Assembly (NCBI GenBank): GCA_965248445.1
Contig: CBDFJG010000002.1
Location: 224,001-288,000 of the forward strand
Reading direction: 5' to 3'
DNA from: Planctomycetota bacterium
Lineage (GTDB): Bacteria; Planctomycetota; JAJSAM01; JAJVHW01
DNA length: 64,000 nucleotides
The notes below the pieces were generated by a model. The model searched no databases, had not been told where the DNA came from, and saw only the letters and a program-made list of their open reading frames with translations. How positions within the stretch are numbered: the stretch's first letter is position 1; every line of letters starts with the position of its first letter. This document shows positions 42,094 to 52,541 of the stretch, in pieces. The position numbers and the translations under genes are program-made.

Positions 42094-43469
42094 GCAGCCG
42101 CCAGTGCGACGATCGCGAACGTGACCGAGTTGACGCATGCGTGCGCCACGATCGGCGCCACGAGCGATCCGCGCCACTCCCGGATGAGCGCGAGACCGAA
42201 TCCGATGGCCGTGAGTGCCGGCAGCCCGGCCACGCCCTGCGGATGGATACCGGCGAACAGGACGCCGGAGAACGTCGCCGAGAGGAGTACAGACAGGATC
42301 ACCGCCCGCCTCCGTGTGATCGAACGCAGGTGGTGATAGAGCGCACCACGGAACACGATTTCCTCGAGGATCGGGGCGGCCACGACGCCGACCAAGATCA
42401 CGGTCACCGCCATGGATGGACTCTCCGTGAACATGCCGACGACAGGGTGCCCCGCTGTCGGCGCACCTGCCTGCTGCAGCAGGAACGCGAGGACCGCTCC
42501 GAGCGCGATGAGAGGGAGCATCCCCACGTACGACACGACGCCGATCCCCGCCTCGCGCCAGAACCCCTTGCCGACATGCAGCCCCATGCGCTTCCGGATC
42601 GCCGGCCACGCGATCCCGTGCCGCCGCGGGATCCAGAGCGCGCCGAGAGAGATCACCTGGGCAGCGAAGACCGCCAGGAGCAGGACGATCCCGCCCTGGT
42701 TGCGCGTCGCGTACTCGCCCAGCATCGTCAATCCCAAGAAGGCGATCAACCACACGGCGAACGTCTCGACGAACGAACCCGCCGGCCCGTCTTCCGCGAG
42801 GTACCCCGCATCCACGGAGCCGAAACGCACGCGCACGACGAACAGGATGAACAGCGCTGCACCCAGTAGCACACCGCCAGCACCGAGCACGACGACGGCG
42901 ATGTTCACGATCGCCGTGCGCCGCGCGTCGGCCATCAGCTCAGACCGTGCCGCTTCGTCACCCTCTGACTCGGGGTGCAGCGCGAGCTGCGCCGTCCACC
43001 CATACTGTTCGTGCAGCCGCTCTTTCGCCGAGTCCGGGAGCGCAGCAGCGGCTGTCGCGATGTCTTCCCCCTCGTAGAGCCGCTCGAGGACCTGTGCTGC
43101 CAGCAGGTGGTCCGACACGTCGGCGCCGCTCGCCTGCTCCGTCGTGATGCTCGCTTCGAGGCCCTCGATCCGCTTGCGCGCGTCTTGCGCACCGTGCAAG
43201 TCGGCGGCCAGCACGACACCCGCGGCCCGCTCGTGCAGCGATCCCTTCGCGAACGTGTGCTCCATCTGCGCGAGTCCGCCCGCGACCCCCAGCTCGCGCA
43301 TGCCGAGCGCGCTGCGCAGCTGGATCTCGGCGACCATTCGGTCCGTCTCGCCGTGCGACCCGTCCGAGAGGTACGTCGCGGCGGCCAGCCCGCCGACCGC
43401 GCAGAGTACGGCCACCCACGCGAGCCACATCGCGGGGCGAGACGAGCGTGTGGCCGGATGATGGGTCAC
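42090..43469 (-). CDS. CPBP/Abi family intramembrane glutamic endopeptidase with extracytoplasmic N-domain
   Basis: Motifs APILEEIVFRG, FAGIH, AHACVN; multiple TMs. Confidence 0.92.
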   Translation of the reverse strand: MTHHPATRSSRPAMWLAWVAVLCAVGGLAAATYLSDGSHGETDRMVAEIQLRSALGMRELGVAGGLAQMEHTFAKGSLHERAAGVVLAADLHGAQDARKRIEGLEASITTEQASGADVSDHLLAAQVLERLYEGEDIATAAAALPDSAKERLHEQYGWTAQLALHPESEGDEAARSELMADARRTAIVNIAVVVLGAGGVLLGAALFILFVVRVRFGSVDAGYLAEDGPAGSFVETFAVWLIAFLGLTMLGEYATRNQGGIVLLLAVFAAQVISLGALWIPRRHGIAWPAIRKRMGLHVGKGFWREAGIGVVSYVGMLPLIALGAVLAFLLQQAGAPTAGHPVVGMFTESPSMAVTVILVGVVAAPILEEIVFRGALYHHLRSITRRRAVILSVLLSATFSGVLFAGIHPQGVAGLPALTAIGFGLALIREWRGSLVAPIVAHACVNSVTFAIVALAAA

Positions 43470-43503
43470 GCGCGGACTCTACTTGACGCGTCGCAGCGGA
43501 TGT

Positions 43504-44943
43504 TCAATCCGCGCTGCCGCGTTCGTCCAGCCAGCGGATGAGACGCGCGTGGAGCGTGCCGATGTCCAGCTTCGCCTCGGTGTCGAGCGCGTCCTTGAAG
43601 GTGGCCTTTCGGCCGATCGAGCGGATCATGCCGACACACGCGGCAGGGCGTCCTTCGAAGAAGTACGCGGCCACCGCGTTGATCACGATGTAGTCCTCGA
43701 TTGTGAGTTCCCGCAGGGGGCGGTTCATCATCGCCGCCAGCTCCTCCGGGCCGTCGTGAGCCAGGATCTTGCGCGCACCGCGGAACCAACCGTCCCGCCG
43801 CAGGCGGCTCGTGTCACCCCACGGAGCGGGCGAGCCCTTGTAGCGCGACGGCCGCTTCGCGATCAGATGGCGCGTTCCGACGAGTTTGTGCGTCAGGAGT
43901 GCAACGAACGCCTCGAACACCGCCGCAGAATCGCTCGCCGACAGGTGCATACCGAGTGCAAGCCCGCGGCTGACGAACGTGCGCGTGACCGACTCTCGCC
44001 GCCACGCAGGAGACGACTGGTAGACCGCGCGGTGCGTGCCCTCGCCCAGCCAGCAGGAGCCGTGGGACTTCCAGTGTTCGAGCGTCACGGGATCCGCTGG
44101 CGGCATGGCCTCGACGAGCTTGGCGGCCTCGGACTGGTTGGCGAGCAGGTAGATGGAGAGCCCCGCGGGCAGTTCCACGAGTGCGCCGAGGGCTCCGTCG
44201 AACACCTCGGGGATGATGTGCACGTCTCGCGCGATCTGCTCGGCCTCGGCCTGCGGTCCGGTCGTCGCGACGGTGACGCGGCCGGTCGTGAGCGCAGAGC
44301 GCCACCCGGCCGCCTCTTCGAGTTCCTCGACGAGCGGTGCCCGCTCCTGGATCTCCGCGACGGCCTTGCGCGCATCGCTCAGAACACGCGCGTGGACCTC
44401 CCGCTGCTTGCGCGCGTTCGCGGTCTCCCGTAACTCCCAGCCATCGGGTCCCTCCACCTCTCCGTGCTCGCGCCGGTAGTCGGTGTTCGCGGGTGCGATC
44501 TCGATGATCTCGGCGAGCAGGTGCTCACGCTGCACGGGCTTGATGAGGTTTGCGTACTCGGTGAGCGCTGCGTGGAGGCCGCTCGCGACGGGCTCGAGGT
44601 GCTCGGCGCGCGTCTGCGCGTAGAGCGCGAGCGCCTCGTCGTTCTTGTCCTTGACCCGCGGCGGCGCGCTGGGCGACTTCCACTCGCTCCCGCTCTTGCG
44701 GTACTTGAGCCACTTGCGCGCCTGCTTGTTGTCGGTGTCGAATTCGAGGATCTCACCGGCGACTGCGTTGCGCGTGGCGGGCAGCTTGTTCTCGTCGCAC
44801 CACGCGGCCAGTCCCTCGAGTGCGGGGAGCGTCTTGCCGCGCGCCTCCGTGCAGGCGTCGTCGAACCCGTCGGCCTCGAGCCTGTTGGTGAGGGCGGGCA
44901 CGGCGAGCAGGCAGAGCGCGATTGCGGCGGTCGCGAGTCGCAT
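43504..44943 (-). CDS. Secreted hypothetical protein (479 aa), paralog of 40654..42093
   Basis: Signal peptide; motifs LAAWC..ARKWL, RPLR, AAYFFEGR, RWLDER. Confidence 0.82.
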   Translation of the reverse strand: MRLATAAIALCLLAVPALTNRLEADGFDDACTEARGKTLPALEGLAAWCDENKLPATRNAVAGEILEFDTDNKQARKWLKYRKSGSEWKSPSAPPRVKDKNDEALALYAQTRAEHLEPVASGLHAALTEYANLIKPVQREHLLAEIIEIAPANTDYRREHGEVEGPDGWELRETANARKQREVHARVLSDARKAVAEIQERAPLVEELEEAAGWRSALTTGRVTVATTGPQAEAEQIARDVHIIPEVFDGALGALVELPAGLSIYLLANQSEAAKLVEAMPPADPVTLEHWKSHGSCWLGEGTHRAVYQSSPAWRRESVTRTFVSRGLALGMHLSASDSAAVFEAFVALLTHKLVGTRHLIAKRPSRYKGSPAPWGDTSRLRRDGWFRGARKILAHDGPEELAAMMNRPLRELTIEDYIVINAVAAYFFEGRPAACVGMIRSIGRKATFKDALDTEAKLDIGTLHARLIRWLDERGSAD

Positions 44944-45041
44944 GCCCGAAGCGTACTGGTCCCGCGCCCCCGAGTCGCACGCAGCCTTCCCAAACCCCCA
45001 CCCACCCGTCTATGGGGAGGACGCGACAGGGAGTGGATCGG

Positions 45042-45632
45042 TTACACGCGCTCGGTCAGAACGGCGCGGGTGACCTCGATCAGGCTGTTCACCACGCCCA
45101 CGACACGCTTCCGCGTTCCGTCGTCCGCGAGGCCACCGTTCTCGTCGAACGCCTTGTGGGCCTGCGGCACCGCACACTGCGTGGGGACCACGAGCACGCC
45201 GATCCCGGCGAGGATCGTGCGCAGATGCGCCAGTCCCCGCAACCCCCCGAGTGATCCGGGGGAAGCGGCGAGCAGCCCGGCCGTCTTTCCGCGGAAGGCG
45301 CGCAGCGGCGTCTCGTTCTCCTCCGTCGCGCGGGAGGCCCAGTCGATCGCGTTCTTGAGCAGCGGCGTCAGCGAGCCGTTGTACTCCGGCGCAGCGATCA
45401 GGAACCCGTCGTGCGCCATCATCAGTTCCTTCCACGCGCGCACCGAATCGGGCACGCCGTCGGCGGCCTCGGAATCTCCGTCGTAGAGCGGCATCGGATG
45501 ATCGCGCAGGTCCGCGAACGTCACGTCGGCGCCTGCGGCTTCTGCGAGTCCGGACGCGGCCTGCGCGAGCCGCTTGTTGAACGAGCCGGTGCGCGCGCTG
45601 CCGGCGAAGACGAGGATGCGGGGTGATGCCAC
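45042..45632 (-). CDS. NAD(P)H-dependent FMN reductase family flavoprotein
   Basis: AGGAGG RBS with GTG; motifs FAGSARTGSFNKRL, PEYNGS..LKNAIDWASR, ASPGSLGGLRG. Confidence 0.93.
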   Translation of the reverse strand: MASPRILVFAGSARTGSFNKRLAQAASGLAEAAGADVTFADLRDHPMPLYDGDSEAADGVPDSVRAWKELMMAHDGFLIAAPEYNGSLTPLLKNAIDWASRATEENETPLRAFRGKTAGLLAASPGSLGGLRGLAHLRTILAGIGVLVVPTQCAVPQAHKAFDENGGLADDGTRKRVVGVVNSLIEVTRAVLTERV

Positions 45633-45704
45633 GTGAGACCTCCTGCGGATTGTCGGGAGCGCGAGGGTATCGTCGGCAGCGGAAAACGCGTGAGGAGACG
45701 CCGC

Positions 45705-46037
45705 ATGTCCGACCTGGCGGATCGTGAGTGCAGCCCGTGCCAGGGCGGCGTGGCGCCCCTCTCGCCGGAGCAGATCGCGCCGCTGCACCGCTCCCTCGAC
45801 GGCTGGGAGGTCGTCGAGGCTCATCACCTGACCAAGACCTACCGCTTCGCCGACTTCGCCTCGGCCCTCGACTTCACCAACCGCGTCGGCGCGCTCGCCG
45901 AGGACGTGAATCACCACCCCGACATTCACCTCGCTTGGGGCCGGGTCACCCTCGAGATCTGGACCCACAAGATCGACGGGCTCGCCGTGGCGGACTTCGT
46001 GTTCGCGGCCCGCTGCGACCGCGCACTGGCCGGTTGA
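45705..46037 (+). CDS. phhB: Pterin-4a-carbinolamine dehydratase
   Basis: Motifs CSPC.GG, F.DFASAL, NHHPDI, WTHKIDGL..DF..AA. Confidence 0.92.
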   Translation: MSDLADRECSPCQGGVAPLSPEQIAPLHRSLDGWEVVEAHHLTKTYRFADFASALDFTNRVGALAEDVNHHPDIHLAWGRVTLEIWTHKIDGLAVADFVFAARCDRALAG

Positions 46038-46203
46038 CTCGCCCGCCGGCCCGCCCGCCGGGGCGCGGAGCGGGCTCGGGCCCGCACCACCTCCGAGGCG
46101 AGCCCCGTCGGCTCTCGGCCGATTCGGCTCCGGGACCGATACTGAATGATCATTCAGTTCGCGCCGCCTACCGCGCGTAGACCCTCCTCAGGAGCCCTCG
46201 AGA

Positions 46204-48099
46204 GTGACGACCGACGTGCGTGAAGCCGCAAGAGACGAACCCATCATCGACACGTCGAAGATGAGCGAGGGCAAGCGGCGGGCCCTCGAGCTCGCCGAGG
46301 CGTCGCGGGACGAGGGCGAGGGCCACGCGAGCTTCGCGGGCGAGCTCTTCATGGGCCACTACCGCCTCGATCGGGTGCGTCCGTTCCCGGTGCAGCCCGA
46401 GGCCGACGTTGCCGCGGGCGCCGAGTTCCTCGCAGCACTCGAGCGGTTCTGCCAAGAGCGCATCGACGCCGACGAGATCGACCGCACCGGAGAGATCCCC
46501 GCCGACGTGATCGAGGGTCTGGCGGAGATCGGCGCCTTCGGCATCAAGATCTCGAAGGAGTACGGCGGACTCGGGCTCTCGCAGACGAACTACACGCGCG
46601 CAGCGATGATCGTCGGCGGGCACTGCGCGAGCACGTGCGCGCTGCTGTCGGCCCACCAGTCGATCGGCGTGCCGACACCGATCAAGCTGTTCGGCACTCC
46701 CGAGCAGAAGGAGCGGTTGCTGCCGCTGCTCGCCAAGGGCGAACTCTCCGCGTTCGCGCTGACCGAGGAAGAGGCAGGGAGCGATCCGGCGCGCATGACG
46801 ACGCGCGCCGTCAAGATCGCCGACGGATCGCACTACCTCATCGACGGTGAGAAGCTCTGGTGCACGAACGGCACGATCGCGAAGCACCTCGTCGTGATGG
46901 CGCACACCGCTCCCAAGGTCGTCAACGGACGTGAGCGACCGCAGATCTCGGCGTTCGTGGTCGATGCGGCGTCGGCGGGCATCGAGCACTTGCACCGCTG
47001 CCAGTTCATGGGTCACCGCGCGCTCTACAACGGCGTGATGCGGTTCACGGGCGTCAAGGTCCCCGCCGAGAACCTGATCTGGGCCGAGGGCCGCGGACTC
47101 AAGGTCGCGCTCACGACCCTGAACACCGGCCGGCTGACGCTACCCGCCGCCGCCACCGGCGTGGCCAAGCGCTGCCTTCGCATCGCCCGCGAGTGGGCCG
47201 GGCAGCGGGAGCAGTGGGGTGCTCCGATCGGGAAGCATGCTGCGATCGCCGAGAAGCTCGCCCGCATGGCCGCCACGGTGTACGCGATGGAATCGATCGT
47301 GCTCCTCGCGTCGGCGCTCGTGGATCGCGGCGACGCCGACATCCGCATGGAAGCGGCGATGTGCAAGATGTGGGGCTGCGAGGCGGGCTGGCGGGTGATC
47401 GACGATTGCATGCAGATCCGCGCGGGTCGCGGGTACGAGACCGCGCAATCACTGCGTGATCGCGGAGTCTCGTCGGCGCCGGTCGAGCGCTTCATGCGCG
47501 ACGCGCGTATCCACACGATCTTCGAGGGATCGAGCGAGATCATGCGGCTGCTCCTCGCGCGCGAAGCGCTCGATCCGCACCTCACTGTCTCGGCCGGAGC
47601 GCTCGACACACGCCGCACGAAGGGACAGCGCGCTGCTGCCGCGGCCAAGGCGCTGGTGTTCTACGTCCCGTGGTACGCAGCACGCTGGCTGCCGTTCTCG
47701 TCGCGCGGGACCGGCGGGCTGGACAGCCGGCTGGCCCCGCACGGGCGGCGACTCGCGCGCGCCGGACGACGCGTGAGCAGGCGTCTGTTCCACTCGATGG
47801 TGCGCCACGGTCCGCGTCTCGAGGAACGCCAGCCCTTGCTCGGCCGGTTCATGGATGCGGGGACCGAGATCTTCGTCGCGTCCGCTACGCTCTCCCGCGC
47901 TCAGGCCCAAGCCGATGCCGGGGACCGCTCTGGGCTTCCCCTGGCCGACTTCGTGTGCCGCGAGGCGCTGCGCAAGATCGACGTCTCCCTGCGCGGAGTG
48001 CGCCGCAACAACGACCGGCGCGCGTACTCACTCGCCCGCGAGATCCTCGCCGGCGACCACGACTGGCTCGAGGGCGGAACGGCGCACGGCGACGGCTGA
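46204..48099 (+). CDS. Acyl-CoA dehydrogenase (long, VLCAD/FadE10-like)
   Basis: Motifs YGGLGLSQ, SAHQSIG, AFALTE..AGSDP, GEKLWCTNG, LNTGRL, IFEGSSEIMRL. Confidence 0.94.
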   Translation: MTTDVREAARDEPIIDTSKMSEGKRRALELAEASRDEGEGHASFAGELFMGHYRLDRVRPFPVQPEADVAAGAEFLAALERFCQERIDADEIDRTGEIPADVIEGLAEIGAFGIKISKEYGGLGLSQTNYTRAAMIVGGHCASTCALLSAHQSIGVPTPIKLFGTPEQKERLLPLLAKGELSAFALTEEEAGSDPARMTTRAVKIADGSHYLIDGEKLWCTNGTIAKHLVVMAHTAPKVVNGRERPQISAFVVDAASAGIEHLHRCQFMGHRALYNGVMRFTGVKVPAENLIWAEGRGLKVALTTLNTGRLTLPAAATGVAKRCLRIAREWAGQREQWGAPIGKHAAIAEKLARMAATVYAMESIVLLASALVDRGDADIRMEAAMCKMWGCEAGWRVIDDCMQIRAGRGYETAQSLRDRGVSSAPVERFMRDARIHTIFEGSSEIMRLLLAREALDPHLTVSAGALDTRRTKGQRAAAAAKALVFYVPWYAARWLPFSSRGTGGLDSRLAPHGRRLARAGRRVSRRLFHSMVRHGPRLEERQPLLGRFMDAGTEIFVASATLSRAQAQADAGDRSGLPLADFVCREALRKIDVSLRGVRRNNDRRAYSLAREILAGDHDWLEGGTAHGDG

Positions 48100-48183
48100 C
48101 GCTTCTCGACGACGCGGTGCTCTCGCGACCGGCGCCGGCTGTTCCCGGCGTTCGTCGAGGTGGCGCGCCGTGGAACCCCGCCC

Positions 48184-48705
48184 CTACATCTCGCCGAGAT
48201 CGACGTCCTCGGGCAGATCGAAGTCCCAGGGCGTCATCGCGTCCTCGACGAGCGGTTTGCGAGGAGCGCTCTTCGGTGCGTCTTCGAGAGATTGCAGGAT
48301 CTGTTGCGGTGAGCGTCGCTGCGCAGCGGCCCGTCCGCCGATCGGTACGCGTCCGAAGAAGTCGGCCACCGTGCTCGCACGCGCGCCGAGCTGGCGCGAC
48401 TTCCCAGTGACCTCGCGGTCGTCGCTGACGACGAGCAGAGCGCGCGGATCGTCTGCGTCGCGCACGGCGGTCAGGATCTCGTGGTCGGCTTCCGCGTCGT
48501 AGCAATAGACGACGCGGACGCTGCCCATCTGCGTGTTGGCTTGGGGCTCCCCGGTGCCACGGTGCGCATCGAAGTAGACCGTCGCGGTGCGGGCGATCGC
48601 GCCTACGCGGCGCACGATCTCTTCGCGGCGGGGCTTCTGTGGTCCGTCGGCGATGCCGAGGCGGTGCATCGCGTTGTGGCCGTCCACCAGCACGCGCTCT
48701 CGCAT
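48184..48705 (-). CDS. YacP-like NYN (PIN-fold) domain protein
   Basis: Motifs LVDGHN, YFD, EADHEI, VVSDDREV. Confidence 0.82.
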   Translation of the reverse strand: MRERVLVDGHNAMHRLGIADGPQKPRREEIVRRVGAIARTATVYFDAHRGTGEPQANTQMGSVRVVYCYDAEADHEILTAVRDADDPRALLVVSDDREVTGKSRQLGARASTVADFFGRVPIGGRAAAQRRSPQQILQSLEDAPKSAPRKPLVEDAMTPWDFDLPEDVDLGEM

Positions 48706-48712
48706 CGCCGTG

Positions 48713-50416
48713 CTACCGCGTGAAGAAGAACGGTAGTGACGTCCGCCCGTCGGCGCGCCGGATCTGGATCTCGACCTGCTCGCCGAGCGGCAGCGCGTTG
48801 TCCCAGTCCGCGGGACTCGTGAGCCTGCGGGCAGTTCGCCGCAGCATCGAGTCCTCGAGCGGCCTGCCGTTCACCTCGATGCGGCCGCCCTTCGCGAGGC
48901 GTGCGCACGTGACTTCGAGCCGGCCCTCGACGAGTCGAACTCCGCGGACAAACGGCGGCTTCGACGCCTTGATCGGCCGCAGTCCCCGGGCGTGCGGGAG
49001 GTCCCGTCCGATCAACTCGAACAGGTCGAGAGCGTTGTCGGGGAACTGGAACGTGAGCGCGACGAATGCGAGCGCCATCTCGTCCACGGTGCGCTCGCCC
49101 CACGACACGGGCTGCGGCGGACTGTTCGGGTTGAGCGGGTTCTCCGCAGAGTTGTCGTACACGCACCGCATGTGCAGGGTCGCGTCGTACGGCGCCTTCA
49201 CGGGCTTCTTGAACAGGTAGGTGTCCTGCCAGTCGAAGCTCCAGTTGTCGATCTCGACCAGTCGCTGCGAAGTGCCGTCCGGCAGGTTGACGTCGACGAG
49301 GATCTCGCGCCCCAGGTTGTGCATGTGGGGCATCACCGAGAGGATGCGGCCGGACACCGGGAGATCGACGCCGGTCAGTCTCTGCAACAGCGCGCGCGGG
49401 TCCAGCTCGGCAGTCACGACGTACGCGGGATCGCCCGCGGGGATCGTGAAGTTCATGTTGACCACGGGCAGCAGGAACACCTCGCCCGGGCTCTTGCCCT
49501 TCGCGAAGTACAGGCCGAACTTCGAACGGTCGGAAACGGGTTCGCCGGGCAGCGGGTGATAGTGGACCTGCATCACGACGGTGGCGCCCGCCGGAATGCG
49601 GATGCCGTGCTGCTTCGGGAACGTGATCGGGCGGTTTCCCGGAGCCCAGCCGCCGAGTACGGGCGATGCGGGGACGGCGCCCGGGAGCGGTGCGTCACCG
49701 TCCAGCAGATCGGTGAGGTTGCTCGTTCCGGGACCACCGAAGCAGACGTACCCGGGTCCCGGCTCGTCGGCGTCGAGGTCATGCGACTCATTGGTCTCAT
49801 CGAGATAGAGCACGACGTGATGCACCACCCGCCGGTCACCGGGCTGCATGTCTACGGTGCGGACGTAGACGTCCTCGCCGAAGTCTGTCCGGATCGGGAA
49901 GCAGCGGTAGATGTCGTCGCCCTCGCCGGGCACCTCGAATGTCTCGCCGTAGTCAAGCACCACGTCGGGCTCGCCGAGTGCCCAGCCGGTGTTGTCCCGC
50001 TGCGGCCGTGTGCGGCGCGGCGGCCTTCCTTCGACCGCGCCCTGCTCGCTCCACCGGACCAGCGTGGAGATCTCCTTGTCGCTCAGGCCGCGCTCGTCGT
50101 GGAAGCGGCCGACGCCGCGCGTCGGCTGCCAGGGGGGCATGGCGTTCTTCCCGATCTCCTCGAGCGCCACGTCAATCCAGTCCTTCGCCGACGTGTAGTC
50201 GTCCAGCGCCATCGGGGCGATGTCGCCATCGGTGTGGCACGTCGTGCAGTTCTTACGCAGTATCTTTGCGACGTGGCGGTGGTAGGTCGGAGCGCGAGGC
50301 GTTCCCTTGACGTCGCGCGGGAGATCCTCGAAGGGGTTCTCGTGTTCGTCGTGGGCGAGCGCGAGAGCGCCCGCTGCGACGGCGACGACGAGACAGAGGG
50401 TGATGCGCCGGATCAT
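48713..50416 (-). CDS. Secreted heme c + copper type II ascorbate-dependent monooxygenase-like protein
   Basis: Signal peptide; CTTCH..IAPM and MPPW; VVHHVVLY, QVHYH, MPHMH, W.FDWQ..Y, YDNS..NP, DEM. Confidence 0.87.
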   Translation of the reverse strand: MIRRITLCLVVAVAAGALALAHDEHENPFEDLPRDVKGTPRAPTYHRHVAKILRKNCTTCHTDGDIAPMALDDYTSAKDWIDVALEEIGKNAMPPWQPTRGVGRFHDERGLSDKEISTLVRWSEQGAVEGRPPRRTRPQRDNTGWALGEPDVVLDYGETFEVPGEGDDIYRCFPIRTDFGEDVYVRTVDMQPGDRRVVHHVVLYLDETNESHDLDADEPGPGYVCFGGPGTSNLTDLLDGDAPLPGAVPASPVLGGWAPGNRPITFPKQHGIRIPAGATVVMQVHYHPLPGEPVSDRSKFGLYFAKGKSPGEVFLLPVVNMNFTIPAGDPAYVVTAELDPRALLQRLTGVDLPVSGRILSVMPHMHNLGREILVDVNLPDGTSQRLVEIDNWSFDWQDTYLFKKPVKAPYDATLHMRCVYDNSAENPLNPNSPPQPVSWGERTVDEMALAFVALTFQFPDNALDLFELIGRDLPHARGLRPIKASKPPFVRGVRLVEGRLEVTCARLAKGGRIEVNGRPLEDSMLRRTARRLTSPADWDNALPLGEQVEIQIRRADGRTSLPFFFTR

Positions 50417-52446
50417 GCGGTCCCCTTCTCAGACTCCACATCGTGCAGGTACTTGGCGAGCCAAGCGTGCACTTCACGGTACCAGACGACCGAGTTCTGA
50501 GGCTTGAGCACCCAGTGGTTCTCGTCCGGGAAGTAGACGAGGCGGGCAGGCACGCGGCGCAGCCGCAGGATCGAGTAGCACATGAGCCCCTGGGTCACCG
50601 GGACGCGGTAATCCAACTCGCCGTGCAGCACCAGCATGGGTGTCTTGGCGTTCCCGACGTGTCGCGCCGGATTCCAGCGGTCCATGCCCTCGTGTGCACC
50701 CCACGGGTTGCCGCCGATCGAAACGTCACGCGCTTGGATCACGTCGCTCGCGAACATCGACTGCGTATCGAAGACGCCCGCGTGATTGACGAGGCAGCGG
50801 AAGCGGTCCGTCTGCCCAGCGATCCACGAGACGAGGTACCCGCCGTACGAACCGCCCGCGGCGGCCATGCGACCGGCATCGGCCAGCCCGTGTTCGATCA
50901 GCAGATCCGTCGCGGCCATGACGTCGCGATACGGACGGTCGCCCCACGTTCCCTGGATGCGCTTGGCGAAGTCCTGGCCGAACGACGTCGAGCCCTGGAA
51001 GTTCACCATCGCCGCGACGTACCCGGGCGCTGCGAACAGATGCGTGTTCCAGCGTGGGTGGAACGAGTCGGCGCTGATGCCGTGCGGCCCGCCGTGCACG
51101 ACCTGGACGAGCGGCAGCGGCTGGTCGCCGCTCTCCCCCGGTGGAAGCGCAACGAACATCTGGACCCCTTCGCCCTCCGCGCCTGTGAACGTCGTCTCGA
51201 GCACGGCTCCGAGTGCCACGCCCTCGAGTGCCGCATCCGTGAGGTGCGTGACCCGCCGGGCGGCGCCGGACGCGTCCGTTACGTAGACCTCGTGAGGCGT
51301 CGACTGGTCCGAACGCGAGAACACCGTGCCGCCTCCGGGCAGCGCGCGCGCGCCACCGACCGATCCGTCGGTCACGATTGCTTGCGGCGAGGTCTCGAAC
51401 GACTCCATGCGATGCAATGTGTTGCGCGCGCGATGTTGCGCAGTGATCCAGAGCGCCCCGTCCGGTCCGAACTCCCAGCTGTCCGCCGAGAGCTCCCAAT
51501 CGGTCGCCACCGCGGTGTCTTCCCCGGACGCGAGGTCGTGGCGCGTCAACTGCGTGCGATCCGCATAGAAGTCGGGGTCATGGGTCACGCCGAACACAAG
51601 CGACGCGCCGTCCGGTGTGTATCGCGGTCCGGATGCTGCATGCCCGTCGGTGGGCGCGACGACGTGTCGCTCCCCGGTCGCAATGATCAGCCGGTGCACG
51701 AAACTCCGCAGGCGGTCCCGCTCCGCGTCGAAGCGGATCGCCGAGTACGCGAGCTCCGTGCCGCCCGGATGAATGTCGTAGCTGCCCGCCGGCGCCATCC
51801 ACGAGAACCAGTCGGTCGAGTCCGGCATCAGGTCGCGCGCGATGCCGCTCGCACCGTCCACGTGGAACAGGTGCGGCACCTGGCCGGTCGTCAGCCACCG
51901 GTCCCAGTAACGGAAGACGGGGTCTTCCGTGATGTGCACCTTGACCTTGTCGTCCTTGCGCCGATCGCGCTCCGCCGCCGTGGCCTCAGGAGTCAGATGG
52001 CCCTTGAACAGCATGGCGCCGACGACCAGCCCGCTCCCGTCCGGCAGCCACTTCGGGTCGAAGGCACCGAGGGGCATCTCGCAGACGGGCGCAGATTCGC
52101 CGCCGTCGAGCGGCAGGATGTGGAGTTGACCATTCTCGTCAGGGTCGTCCTTCCGGATGAACGCCAGCCGCGTTCCGTCGGGGCTGATCGCGGGATCGGT
52201 GCACGAAGCGTCCGCGGAGGTCAGGGCGCGTGGCCGCGTGCGTCCGTCCAGGTCGATCAGGTGGAGCCGCGTGGTGCCGCGGTTCTCCTCCATGTCGTAC
52301 TCAGTCACGGGGACGACGGCGCGGCCGCCGTCGGGCAGCGGAACGGGGGAGCCGACCCGGGGTACGCGCCAGAGGTCCTCCGCGGTCAGGGGGCGTGAGC
52401 CCGGGCGGGCAGGGTGGACGGTGCGGAACGACGATTGCGGACTCAC
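50413..52446 (-). CDS. S9 family peptidase (acylaminoacyl/dipeptidyl peptidase-like)
   Basis: Propeller repeats; motifs VHGGPH, GGSYGGY, HGELDYRVP, PDENHWVLKP. Confidence 0.94.
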   Translation of the reverse strand: MSPQSSFRTVHPARPGSRPLTAEDLWRVPRVGSPVPLPDGGRAVVPVTEYDMEENRGTTRLHLIDLDGRTRPRALTSADASCTDPAISPDGTRLAFIRKDDPDENGQLHILPLDGGESAPVCEMPLGAFDPKWLPDGSGLVVGAMLFKGHLTPEATAAERDRRKDDKVKVHITEDPVFRYWDRWLTTGQVPHLFHVDGASGIARDLMPDSTDWFSWMAPAGSYDIHPGGTELAYSAIRFDAERDRLRSFVHRLIIATGERHVVAPTDGHAASGPRYTPDGASLVFGVTHDPDFYADRTQLTRHDLASGEDTAVATDWELSADSWEFGPDGALWITAQHRARNTLHRMESFETSPQAIVTDGSVGGARALPGGGTVFSRSDQSTPHEVYVTDASGAARRVTHLTDAALEGVALGAVLETTFTGAEGEGVQMFVALPPGESGDQPLPLVQVVHGGPHGISADSFHPRWNTHLFAAPGYVAAMVNFQGSTSFGQDFAKRIQGTWGDRPYRDVMAATDLLIEHGLADAGRMAAAGGSYGGYLVSWIAGQTDRFRCLVNHAGVFDTQSMFASDVIQARDVSIGGNPWGAHEGMDRWNPARHVGNAKTPMLVLHGELDYRVPVTQGLMCYSILRLRRVPARLVYFPDENHWVLKPQNSVVWYREVHAWLAKYLHDVESEKGTA

Positions 52447-52541
52447 AGGCTGCTCCGTGTTCAGGGATACGGAAGGAAGGTCTCCGGCCCGGCCAGGCAG
52501 GCCAGCCGGGAGAGTACGATGCGAGCCGTAGGAGGTGACCG

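Noticed and set aside
42094..42753. 699-aa version of ORF 40654..42753
   Set aside because: It overlaps the CPBP gene out of frame. The true start at 42093 has a signal peptide, an ATGA overlap and the same length as its paralog.
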